Made by a program: the position numbers and the translations under genes
Shown here: positions 13,801 through 25,583 of the stretch, one piece after another
Layout of the letters: each line of letters begins with the position of its first letter
Position numbering within the stretch: position 1 is the first letter of the stretch
Notes under the pieces: model-generated
The model's input: the letters and a program-made list of their open reading frames with translations, nothing else
What the model was told of the DNA's origin: nothing
Database searches by the model: none
Source of the DNA: Ylistrum balloti
Taxonomy: Eukaryota
Reading direction: 5' to 3'
Assembly: GCF_031769215.1 (NCBI RefSeq)
Contig: NW_026781868.1
Coordinates: 62,001-126,000 of the forward strand
Length of the DNA stretch: 64,000 bases

Positions 13801-14756
13801 AACTAGTTTTAAGTGCCAATTTTCAATCACATGCCTTTTATGGATAATTCACAATGACAAATTTTATCACAAATAACAATGACGAAAATCGTTTGACACT
13901 TTAGAATGATGTTGGATTGCCATGACAAGAGACAGCATAATTCATGCCATACATATAGTTCCTTGTTTATATCACAGGTCATTGAAGTCTTAACTCATTT
14001 GGTTTATTGCCAGGAAACCTAAGACAATTTCTATAACCGGTATCATTTGCCTGTTATCTATTGTGTCATGGCTTTAGTAAAATTGATGGAACAATAACTT
14101 GAATGTTTTTTTAGGGATTAGCTCAAATGTTAGTGCCATTGACGCAGGGTGGTTTAATCTGGTTTCCTCCACCATCACACAACTTGCACTGTCTGTAAAT
14201 GTATTGATAGGGAATTTAACATCACTTTCCTTCCCTTTCCTGTCTCCAAACGCTCATTTGACCTATGACAGGCATATCAAGTACTACCTCGGGAATCTCT
14301 TCTTCCCTAATAGTATAATGTATATATGTACTTTAACACAATAGTTATATAGACATCAATGAACTGAAGAAATTTCCTGGTATACTCTTTTTATACTCTG
14401 ATTTTCAAGAAACTGCAACATTTACTGTGCTTATCAGTACTTAAACACCATGCCATGTGATTATGATGCTTAACATGCACAGCTGAGATGTTTAAAAAGG
14501 TCAACATCTTAGAAACAGTCTCCTTCCTTGGTAATTTCCTTGAAGGAAATTAAAGGACTTTCAAACATTTTTGTCATAATATATCAACTTTTTTAAACAC
14601 ATAAGAAACAACTTGTCCACTTGTGTTTAGATACTTTATCAGATATATAGGAATTATTGAATAATTATTTCTTTAATTCTTAAATTCTAGTTCAAGGTCA
14701 TCATTAAAAGTATACTTTAAAATGTACACACAGATATTACACAGATATAGAATATA

Positions 14757-16096
14757 CAGTGAAACCTCGCTATTAAGACCACTTTGGGGACTGGACAAAA
14801 GTGGTCTTAATAGCGAGGTGTTCTTAATAGTGAGGTGGATCAGATTTAACCACAAAGAACCGTAACTCTGTTTAAAATAAAGAGTATATATATCATTACG
14901 TAATGTACATGTATATTATTCAACAATAATAACTAATAATAATAAACTAAAATGTTGAATTGTATGAAATGCATGTAAAAAAGACAAAATTGCTGAATTG
15001 ACAGAAGAATAGTTATGTATATATTCCTTAGTTTATATCATAATAAACATGTATATTTACTATTGTAAACATTGAATAAAAGGAAACAAACAATCCATTT
15101 TAAGTTAAATTGGCATTTAACGTTAATTTTGCAACTATTTCACATAAATTTACGAACACATTTACTCAGTATTTGTAACAACTTTAATTAAGTCACTATA
15201 AAGTCTTTCAACGCTTCATTTTTCACTTAAATTCGCAAACACATTATCTTTATCAGTGTATCACTCAGTACAACATATCTTTCTTTTTACTTAAAAAAGA
15301 GTCCGGAGCACAATATTGCGAAGAGCTACGGATCTGGACAGCCTCCTCTTTCATACGTCCTTTTTACCGATCGCGATAGCTCGTTTCGTTTCCGTGGTTT
15401 CGTCATTGCTTGATAAAGTTCATCGGAGTTTTGTGACAGAGAAATGTGCCGTAAAAAAAATGGAACACATACACTTTTTTTTATTGTTCAAACGATATCG
15501 AGAGTGTAACATTACTAGAAAAACAGTTAAAAACCCTCGACAACGTGTGCGCGTGCAAGCCAAGAGTGTAACATTACTAGAAAAAACAGTTAAAAACCCT
15601 CGACAACGTGTGCGCGTGCAAGCCAAGGAATATCGGCCGAAACGACTACATAAGGTGTTTATATACCTACTGATCTATCAATATATAATTAACAAACAAC
15701 AGATCGATATTAAAACGTGTCTAGCATGCGGTTTCGGACGGGTAGGCCAAGTTAATCCGATAATTATGTTTACTTCGTTTAACGCCACCTGGTGACAGGG
15801 TCGGTAACCCGCGACGAAAACAATGGTCGTGAACGACACACATGTCCGCGGTTCACTGCCCACCAGGTAAACTTCAATCTTTGGTCAGGCCGTGGTCGTA
15901 ATTGTGAGGTCAATTATCGTTAATAAGTGGTCGTTGGGACTGTAGAAAGTGGTCGTAATACGGAATAGCAGGGTTGTTGTAATACTGAAGGGACCAATAC
16001 AAAGATATATAGTGGAAAAAAACGGGACTGAAAAAAAGTGCCCGTAATAGCGGGGTGGTCGTAATTTTGAGGTGGTCGTTAGGTGAGGTTTCACTG
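14757..16096. mobile_element. Non-autonomous Tc1/mariner-superfamily (Tigger/pogo-like) DNA transposon, 1340 bp
   Basis: TA flanks at 14755-56 and 16097-98; TIRs CAGTGAAACCTC...GAGGTTTCACTG (12 bp perfect, similarity extends to about 25 bp); subterminal GTGGTC(G/T)TAAT repeats; internal 62-bp tandem duplication at 15501-15627. Confidence 0.85.
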
Positions 16097-17916
16097 TACA
16101 AGTTTTTGTGATATCATTTACATATTACACATTCCTGTACATGTATATTATTTTTATCAATGTATGATGGTGTAATGTCTGTCCTCTTGTCCGATTGATT
16201 ATAATTAGATTGTCAAATAGTAGGGACCTGATAAATAAAACACCAGATCCCAGAGATGGCGCCCGTCATCCTTTTTAACTTCTATCTGACAGATTTTTTC
16301 CTTCTTTCCATTTCTTCCTCACTGGTCCTAAACTCAAATATACACAACAAGTGACCAGTGGGGAACTATATATAAAATCTGAGAATAAACCATGTTGTTT
16401 CTCTTAATAAAAAAATAGCACAATAAAAAAAAAACATCCATGATGACTGCCATCTGCCGGTGGTTTTTTTTTTTTTTTTTATCAGTTCCAAAATAGACAA
16501 TGCACAGTTAGAAGTCATAGGCAGCCTACACATGGAATTTGAAAATGTCCCATTAAGTACTTCATAAGAAATAACATACCACACTATAGCTATCAAAATT
16601 CACTTAACAGCCATTTCTAGGGACAAAATGGGACATACTTATGAAGTTCAAGAATGATCAATGTAATATTTTTCTAGTGATTACAAGTACTGTTTAGGGA
16701 CAATCAGACGGACCATGGGCAAAGGGGATTTGAAACTGCAAACATATTATTTTCCTATAAATTTGACCAAAACAGACATCACTATCTTTTTTCAAAGTTG
16801 ATGACTTTTTCATGAAACTGCTAGCTGTTTTACACACATTGGTAAGATAGACACCTTGGAACTTGTTTTATATCATACAGTCTAAGAAAACAAACCTAAC
16901 TGCAGTTCTTGATAGTCGATCAAGAATGAGGTTTTCAGGTAAACAAATTTACTACTAGAAGTTACAGAATTTATTTCACATTTCATACACGGTTTTACAA
17001 CCCATTCTAATGTTATATATATGCTGATATCAATTGTTTCGGTCAGGATATTTTTAGGTCAAAGTTCAAGGGAATATCAATGTATCAAATGATTGGTATA
17101 AAACTGAGGTCAAGGTCAATCTAACTGGAAGATATTTGTGCTGTTAAAAACCAATGGTATGTTTACTGTAAAACCATATCATACTCTCTTGAGGTCAAAC
17201 TCAAATTTAATAACTCAAATTAAGAGTACCTGGTACGACGGCCTATGATAAGATATCATAGCTTCGTCGAAAATAACATCATCACGAAAATGAACCACAG
17301 TATTTTTCAGCACTTGGTTATTTTTGGCTGTACGATGTCATGGTCAATATTAAAAGGTCAATACTTGCAATCAAAGGAAGAATATATACATATCCTATTC
17401 TAATATGATAAACCAGGTCAGCGGTCAATTTAAATATGCACAAAGGTAATTATCAGCTGCCCAACATGTGAAACCAGTATGAGGTCAGAGGTCAATAAAA
17501 TGTGGTAACGAAGATCAATTTTAACGTGAACCAAAGAAATCGTTCACTTGTCCAGGAGTTGAATTGGTCACGTGATCAAAAGCTATAGACCTACGTCAGA
17601 TGTTAAAGGAATGCAAGTTCTAGCAGTGCAAGTATTATACCCATATATCTGGGGCTATATTTGGTATATAACAAATGCTTGTTAACTACAAATATCATTG
17701 TAAAAAGTACACATATGAATTTTAAATTAAGCATATTCGTATAATATGAACATCGTCTGTATAAATCTGAATATTCACATATTTATCCTAGGTCACCACT
17801 GTGTCCGAAGTTAGCGATGTAGTTTATAGTCTATATCGGAGATCAAGTTAAGTACATGCATATTCATGAGGTTAAAGATCGTGCTTGTTTTAAATAGAGC
17901 TTTATCTGATCTTTGA

Positions 17917-18101
17917 TACTGTATAGTTGTTAATCTTCGTGGGCAAAATATTTCGCGGTTGTCCCAGTTTGAGGCAAAACAGAGATGTTCTCAGATTTTC
18001 ATTCACTAGAAATGCTCTCGTGGTATTTAATTTCATGTTATCACCATTGACCGCGAGTGTAGTGGATTAAATCCCCCGTGAATATTATCAACCACATAGT
18101 A
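17917..18101. mobile_element. MITE of about 185 bp with TA ends
   Basis: TACTGTATAGTTGTTAATCTTCGTGGG versus the reverse complement of the right end, TACTATGTGGTTGATAATATTCACGGG (20/27 identical). Confidence 0.65.
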
Positions 18102-18444
18102 GGTTCCGCCATTTATATACATTTGCCTCAAACAAATGTCCATTAGGAGTCAATTTTGGCTCCACAGATGTTTATGTCATTCTTGGGCACTAGACAGCGT
18201 AAAAGTTAACCAACATCATAGAATACCTACGTACATGCAAGGGTGACGAAAGCTCATTGGCAACGTGTACTAGCAAATGTCGCAAGTCAGAGTAGTTGTA
18301 TAAAATATGTCTATTTATTTCTGTAGTTAATGCGTTATCAACAAAAAGTTAATCAAATGAAAGCTTGCTGCATAGTCTCTCATTTTTATCTACTTACAAC
18401 GTGAGGTCAAGGTCAATACTTTATGTATTATTAGAAGTAAGATT

Positions 18445-20622
18445 CTATTGCTCTCCGTCATCCCACGTGTAGACCCTCATACTAAGGTCTAGTTCATTTG
18501 TAATGTCTTCCTCTGCTTTGGATGTCACTGAGCCACGTGACTGTCTCTCCTCGCGGGTCAGTTTGACTGGAGGACGATCACTTCCGTCAGAGACGTAAAA
18601 TTCCACCTCATTTTCGCGACAGTATTCAAAGTCACGTTGTACATATCGCCGACGGTGAAATATTACCATAATTACCACGGCAATCACAATTATTACTGCC
18701 GCGGTGGAAATGCTCGTTACTATGGTGATCACCGTGAAATTGTGCTCTTCTGATTGGTTGTTTACATCTGATAAATTTTCCTTCGTTCCTTTGTGAGCAC
18801 TTGTTACCCTGGTTACACCCGTCGTGTTGATTACTGGAACGACTGATGTCACTGAAGGTTGTAAAGTGTACCCGGGCTGTTCACTTGCTGTCCTTGGATG
18901 GTTATCCACTTTGGTTGTGGTTGGTAACATTGTAGTAGTGGTTGTGGTAGCGGGAACGAAGTCAGAATACTGAATACTCATAACAGACTGTCCACGTAAT
19001 TCGATTGGAGTGTAGCACAATATATCAAAAGGCATAAAAAACTTGCTTCTTTCTAACTTGATGAAATCTTGAAGCCATCGTAACAGACTATCGCAATGGA
19101 AAGGGTTTCCGGAAAGTTTGATCACTCTGAGTTGTTTTAGTCTACTGATTAATGTCAAACCGAGACTTGTGATAGTGTTATCCATGAGGTTTAGATCCTG
19201 TACCGAGCTTATACTTGACAGCATTTCTTGTGAGGAGACAAGTTTAGCTGCTAGTTCGGGGCTCTCCTGCAGCGACAATGTAGTCAGATTTGGCAGCCAT
19301 TTGAAAATGTTTCCTTGAATCCCTGTTGGTGATTTCACAATAATAAAAGAAAGATCAAGGGCCATCAAATTGGACAAACCAGTGAAAGCGTCCTCTTCTA
19401 TCAGATCTAGATCAAGCCTAAGCAGGTTCAAATGTACCAGATTTACTAACGATGAAAAAACGTTATTAGGAAGTACGGTTATATAGTTTCCGCCGAGAAA
19501 TAGATCAGTCAATGAAGCAAGATTCTGGAAAGCCTCATTTTCAATACGTGTTATAGCGTTAGACTGCAGAGACAGTATGTGCAGATTGGAATTGGCGGGA
19601 AAATCGTTACTATTTATAACACTTACTTGATTATCGTCAAGACTTAAGTGTTGAAGGCCAGTTGGCAATCCTGCTGGAATTTTTAACAGGTTATTCATAT
19701 TTAACCATAATTCCTGCAGATCTTCCATTTCCGCAAAACAGTCGTCTTCAATCAAAGTCAATGAATTTTGATATAGCATAAGGTTCCTTAGTCTAACATA
19801 GCCGATCATATCGTCTCGTCTAATCGTAGATATGTTATTCTGATCCAGGTGTAAAAACTCTATACGCAGAGGTAGCACTTGTGGAAAGGATTGAAGACGA
19901 TTGTTGGCTAAATCAACGGTTTGTAAATCAGGGTTATCCACGAACAACCCGTCTGCTTGTTTTAAGAAGTTGTCTCGTAATATGAGTTGCCGTAGTGACG
20001 CCATACCCCAGAAAGTCTGTAAACTTATGCTGGATATATTGTTATTCTCCAAGTTAAGATACTGTAAACTACTCATTCCTTTAAACGATTGAGAGGTCAG
20101 GTGAGAAATACGATTGGATGATAGATCTAACTGCAGAATCTCGGACATGTTTACAAACACTCCTTCCACGTCGGTAAGGTCATTATTCGAAAGGACAAGA
20201 TTTTCAAGATTTTTGAGATAACCGAAAACTCCATTAGGTAAATGCTGCAATTGATTTCCGCCAAGATGTAAAAACCGTAGAGATTTCAAACCGGAAAATG
20301 AACCACGTGATATCTCCTCTAAGTTGTTGTTACGGAGGTCAAGTGACCGTAACTTTTTTAAAGGCCGAAGTCTGGCATTGTCTAGCGTTCGCAGGTGATT
20401 ACCAGCCAAATTGAGATTTTTTGTACCGTCTGGAATATCCTCCGGAATATCAGAACTTTCCTGGCTGGAACATTCGACAGTTTTTCCGTAACAGTGACAT
20501 ACATCAGCTGGACACAAGTTTTTTGTTTTCTGTGTCCTTGCAAGTACAATGACCACACTCATCATGATAAAACTTACCACAAGGGCCCTGGACGGTTTAC
20601 ACTGACCATACATATCTGTCAT
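18445..20622 (-). CDS. Type-I transmembrane leucine-rich-repeat protein (LRR-only ectodomain), 725 aa, single coding exon
   Basis: First ATG at 20622 (the ORF track starts at an upstream TTG). Hydrophobic N-terminal signal; LRRNT (CPADVCHCYGKTVEC); about 19 LxxLxLxxN repeats; LRRCT (NPFHCD...LCYTPIELRG); Thr-rich stalk; TM segment (TVITIVTSISTAAVIIVIAVVIMVIF) followed by HRRR; about 70-aa tail with no TIR or kinase domain. Confidence 0.93.
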   Translation of the reverse strand: MTDMYGQCKPSRALVVSFIMMSVVIVLARTQKTKNLCPADVCHCYGKTVECSSQESSDIPEDIPDGTKNLNLAGNHLRTLDNARLRPLKKLRSLDLRNNNLEEISRGSFSGLKSLRFLHLGGNQLQHLPNGVFGYLKNLENLVLSNNDLTDVEGVFVNMSEILQLDLSSNRISHLTSQSFKGMSSLQYLNLENNNISSISLQTFWGMASLRQLILRDNFLKQADGLFVDNPDLQTVDLANNRLQSFPQVLPLRIEFLHLDQNNISTIRRDDMIGYVRLRNLMLYQNSLTLIEDDCFAEMEDLQELWLNMNNLLKIPAGLPTGLQHLSLDDNQVSVINSNDFPANSNLHILSLQSNAITRIENEAFQNLASLTDLFLGGNYITVLPNNVFSSLVNLVHLNLLRLDLDLIEEDAFTGLSNLMALDLSFIIVKSPTGIQGNIFKWLPNLTTLSLQESPELAAKLVSSQEMLSSISSVQDLNLMDNTITSLGLTLISRLKQLRVIKLSGNPFHCDSLLRWLQDFIKLERSKFFMPFDILCYTPIELRGQSVMSIQYSDFVPATTTTTTMLPTTTKVDNHPRTASEQPGYTLQPSVTSVVPVINTTGVTRVTSAHKGTKENLSDVNNQSEEHNFTVITIVTSISTAAVIIVIAVVIMVIFHRRRYVQRDFEYCRENEVEFYVSDGSDRPPVKLTREERQSRGSVTSKAEEDITNELDLSMRVYTWDDGEQ

Positions 20623-23209
20623 GAATGACTCACTGTTTCCTGCGACCAATGACCAAGCTGCTGACGGTTGAAAACTTGGACACCAACAATCTATCCGATG
20701 ACCCCGTGGAGAGGTTCAGTGACCTCTGTCGTTCTTTGGTCCGTAATATATGTTTAATTCTTGCAGTCGATTGTCCACTCTTCACGTGACTTATCCGTCA
20801 CTGGCCATACCTCTTGTTATTGATGCAATGCTATCTTGAACGCTGAAGTTGAAGGGTCACTGTTAAAGATGGCCAAACTATTCTGTGTAGGTGATGTGGC
20901 CTGGTGAATGACGACAGAGTTGGCTGTAAACGTTGTAGGCGTCAGGAGACTAGCGGAAAGGCTTGCTGGTTTGAAAATGGCGTTCTGATACTTGGCTACA
21001 CACTTGTACCAATATCGTTACATCCTGTGACTCTCAGACCCGGCCCCAATTACTGTAATTGGCCTGGCCATGTCCTCGACATATTGACAGGGTAGTACAT
21101 ATATAGTGCTATAGCACTTGAGACGTGAGCATTGCATCGTGTACCTGGATAATCAGGATGTCACATAACACATGTATAGAAAGCATATCACGAAAACGTG
21201 ACCCTTAAGCGAGTTATCTACCTTGGGAAAAGCTCCACCTATATATAGAATGCATGTCGTCTTATATAATTCTCAAGGCTGTTCTGCTCTATTTTCGTTT
21301 CAGATACATAAAAAAGCAAAATATTTCCTATTACAACTGGCTTTATGTTCTCTGATATATAATTTATAATGAAATTCACGATGAAGATATCCTAAACACC
21401 GTATTCTTGCAATTTCTTGTCGTTAGTCGAAGCAGATTTGATAGCGAAAACCTCAGCCGGAAGGGGGGTGTCGGCCATCAAGTGGTGTGTGCAAGGAAAC
21501 TCTCGATCTATTCTATTATTACACTTGATATGACGTATACGAAATATTCATTTAAACATCCAATCATCTTTCACAATTTCTTTTATAAAAATAGAACCGT
21601 ATTTATAACTTGGAACCTCTTCAATGCTTTCCATGTGCACACACGATTTAATACCCCCGCCAATTTGTTCCGGTTGTACAATTAGGCCTAGTGGCAAACA
21701 CAGACAAGTTTGGCTATCTATTTAAAAAAATAAGAACAACTACTTTAAATTTGAAAATAACATCAATTTATTTGAAACAAGGAATAACAAGAGTGATATC
21801 TGACATTTGACAGAAGTAATAAAATATAATGTACATTACATTACAGTACATTACATGTTAGGCTGTAAGTATTCTGTGTTAAATGTGAACATTGTGTCAC
21901 CTTTTTTAAACTTGAGAAATATCATTTTTCATTTTCAAAATCACATTTCATGTAGATCTATATTTTCTAATTTCAAAATTTCATTTCATTTTTTAAAGGA
22001 ACTCATAATTCATTATAAATCATTTGTAAGATCTCTTTCCACATGTAATCTAAGAAAAATAGGTAAATCATGTATTTTATGAGGAAAATTGCATTACCAG
22101 GTAATTAATAAAATTATTTGCAAGAAATACAATTTTACAGTGCTTTTTTTGCCAGTTTTCAGTTACACAAGCAACACATGTATATTACATCCAGAATTTA
22201 AATATATTTGTGTAGCTATATGAACTTTTGATTAGTGTCACTTCATATGAACATCATTTTTGCTCTTTTTACAGGAAACCTGAATGACAGTATTCAAATA
22301 CATTGCAAAAAGTAATCGTAGCATATTCCATTACAGTAACCGATTTAAAATAACAAATTTCCGATTGAAAATTTCTTCATTTTCTATATATTGTAAATAG
22401 ATATGAACTCGACATTAAGTCTACACAAGATCTGCAGTATATATATCAGTAGTAGTACATGGCAAATACCTCGAGAGCTTCCAACTTATGACGAAAAAGT
22501 GAAGAGCTCCCTAGATATAGTGATGAAAAGCCATAACCATTGCCAGCGCATTGGATAAATTTTTTAAAAATACAATATGTTATAAGGCACCAAGATGAAT
22601 TTCCAAAAAGAGACATGGCACACTACTCCTAACCATTTCATGGCAGTAACCTTATAACAGGACTTGCATGTTTGTGAACAGACAGATAACAAACAATGGA
22701 AAAAAACATGTCAAGTACATATGATAAATTTAAACAAGGATAAAAAACTAAATAAGCATAAAACACATTTTTTGTAAAACAAAATAACATATTAAACAAA
22801 ATTGTGCATTTGCACTATCTGTGCTAAAAACGATAACGGTAAATACTACTGTAAATAAAGAAAATAGAGTAAATAAACTATGACAAAGAATTAAAATCAA
22901 TACACAAACTAACTTGTGCACTACCTGTTATGTATGATAATCATGTAAAATAACAACAACGAAAAACCAAACCCCCCCCCCCCCAAAAAAAAAAAAAAAC
23001 GAAGAAAAATAAAAATTAACAAAAACAATTACCCCCACAAGGTACTTCAGTATATCACATTGCTTTCATAAAAATGTTCTTAATGACTTTGTTTGATCTA
23101 TTCAATAGATATGAATTATTAAACACTCTTCAGGTATTATTATGCATGTAAGAATTTGTGCACACTTTTTACATATTTGAATACGTTGAATTGAAAAATA
23201 TTTACAAAC

Positions 23210-25308
23210 TCAATGTTTGCGATCTTTGTACACACGCCTTTTCCTTTTATTTTTGGAAAGAAGAACAAGTCGGTTTTGTTTTTCCATAACTTGTTTCAAG
23301 GCCAAAAGGCCTTTGTGGTTTGTTGCTCTAAAGTAGCTTTTGGTAATAATATCATTCATTTTCTCTAGCCCTTGTTGGGAAAAGCTGACCAAGTTTCCAT
23401 GAAGCTTGATCAACTCACTGACATGATAGTGAAGAGCATGTATATAGGGGGTAATGTCTCTACTCTGATACAAAGAAACATACATTCTGCACCAGTTTTC
23501 AGCCTTTCTTTGCACTTCATCTGGGTTGGGAGATAGAGATTTCAAAATCATATTAATATCTGAAAATGCATCCCACAACTCTTGTATTTGGTTTGCTCTT
23601 TCACTGTTAGGAAGGAGATCTGAAGCTTGAAACTTAGTCATTAATATCTGCTTCTCTGGACCTGTTAAGTCCCTTTACTCCAGCTTCCTAGTTTCCTTGT
23701 TAATATACAACTCAAATGAAATTCCCATTTGCTGCAATGCATTCTCTAATGCAGACACATGTTTGACTTTATCTCTGTCTAATTCAACAAATGTTGTATG
23801 CTGTGAAACATTATCCAATGCTCTCAGCTCTGTAACTAACAAATTAAAGAGTTTGTCAGTTATTCTAAGAAAGAGATGCAAGAGATCCAAGACAACTTGA
23901 AATGGGGTAATACATGGAAACAGAGGCCGGTTAACTATGGAGAAGGTCTGTTCTTTCTTAGGTCTTGACAACCTACTATTTGCAGGTTTATTCACAGGCT
24001 CAGTACAAATATATGATAACCTTGCCCCAAGAGCTGGGTCCTGCATTGACCATTGCTTTTTAAGAGCAATCTTCTCCTTTTTGTCACATTTACAGTATAT
24101 ACAAGAGTTTGAAGCTGCCACAGATGATATGCCAACAGCAACTAATAAGAATTTGTAGTCTCCTTCAGTATATTCCCCTGTATTTCTTCTACTTCGTGCT
24201 GTAGATCAGCTAGAGCAATGTTTAATTCAGTGTACTTTTCTTTGGTCTGAACAATGCATAAAGGATAACATGTTTGGTGAGCTAAACCTTCATTAACAAT
24301 ATTGAAAGCGAAATTGACAACATGTAACCTTTTCCCTACTCTTGTCCCATCTCCAGATATTTTCACTTTCAATTTGTTATCTGGCACTATTTCAGTGTTT
24401 TCTGACATTAAACTACTTAAAACATCAATGAGCCTTTGCTTTAAGGATTGTTGAACCCCGAGTCCATCTGGTGTAGTGATAATGTTGATACCCTTGTTTA
24501 GGTTTTTGATATACTCAGTAATGTTATGCGCCCGTGGCATAGTTTTGAATAACGAACTTAACTCGCGATATGCTTCTTGTGATACATGGAATGTATCTAA
24601 TATATACAGTAATGTGTTAATGCGATCAAGTTCTGTTACATCTACATTTTCTGTATTGTCCTCATCTGCCTGAAGAAGATCAAAGACAGCCTCTTCTCCA
24701 TTTCTTACAACTGTTACACTTATTGGTTTACAACCATGGAGTTCTAAGGCACCTAGAGCATTTTTACATCTCTCATTGTCCATTTTCATCACTTTCCTCT
24801 TGTAAGAACCTGAACACTCTTGCAAAGGTTTTCTTTTTCTTCTAATATTGTCATTAGATTCCTTCGCATAATTTTGACAATGAAAGTTTTTATCACTATC
24901 TTCACATTTTTGCAAAGCATTTTCTAAGGAGGTTATTTTGTTTTTCATTTTTTGTTCTTTTTTTCGGGCACCATTGACAAAGTCACAAAACTTCCCTTCA
25001 ATGCTATTCTTTTCAACTTCGCACTGCTTTAGTTTGCCTTTAATTTCTTCAATTTTCACTTCAGTTTCATGGGGGCCTAACGGCACATGCCAAGAAAATT
25101 TTGACTTACTAATTGAATCTTTAAATCGGTGAAACTGGTTCCCACCTTTCACTTTGGCTTGAAGGCCACTTCGTTTAAGTCTATAAAGCTCTTAAAATGT
25201 TTACATCTTTCTCATTTGCTTTAAACGATAGTGTTAGCTCATTTTCTAACTCAGTTTTGATGTTTTTGACTACATCTAACGTTAAAGGTTCTTTCCAATG
25301 ATTCTGTA
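23210..25308 (-). pseudogene. RAG1-core/Transib-like DDE transposase, inactivated
   Basis: The ORFs join across frameshifts at about 25192 and 24165 and an in-frame TAA at 23675-77 (KLE*RDLTGPEK, probably a former W). Motifs in RAG1 order: basic NBD-like RKRKPLQECSGSYKRK; LYILDTFHVSQEAYREL; KVKISGDG (D1, about 24350); GDYKF (D2, about 24159); CIYC; VLDLLHLFLRI; ITPYIHALHYHVSELIKLHGNL; SQQGLE (E, about 23364). A splice acceptor (TTTTCCTTAG) precedes 25308. Confidence 0.85.
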
Positions 25309-25436
25309 CTAAGGAAAAAAGGGTTAATTTAGATAGTACAACCATATCTATTTTCAAAACAGTTTAGAATCTTACAGCAAACATAATTGCGATTAAAATC
25401 AAATTTCCTTTTAGAAAATTTTTAAGTTTCTAAAAC

Positions 25437-25536
25437 ACTTCCTGTATTTCGGTGAATTCCATATAACTGTAGAAAATGTTAAATTCTAACTTCCTGTATT
25501 TCTGTGAATTCCATATAACTGTAAAAAAATGTTAAA
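25437..25536. repeat. 52-bp tandem duplication between the two genes of the element
   Basis: ACTTCCTGTATTTC(G/T)GTGAATTCCATATAACTGTA(G/A)AAAATGTTAAA at 25437 and 25489. Confidence 0.85.
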
Positions 25537-25583
25537 GATTCTCAAACAAACTGTCAAAAAATAGATGGCCACACTCTTGTTGA

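Noticed and set aside
22440-22690. Possible decayed PHD finger on the minus strand downstream of the transposase (FIQC...LG...LEVF)
   Set aside because: The spacing is suggestive, but several indels must be assumed to recover the C/W/H ligands, so it is not supportable without a consensus.
22972-22999. C13-A15 homopolymer junction as a retroposon tail or G-quadruplex signal
   Set aside because: There is no TSD or associated element; it is a simple low-complexity tract.
21100-23100. Convergent RAG2-like gene on the plus strand
   Set aside because: No ORF or exon with kelch-like character was found; the region is AT-rich with only short spurious ORFs.
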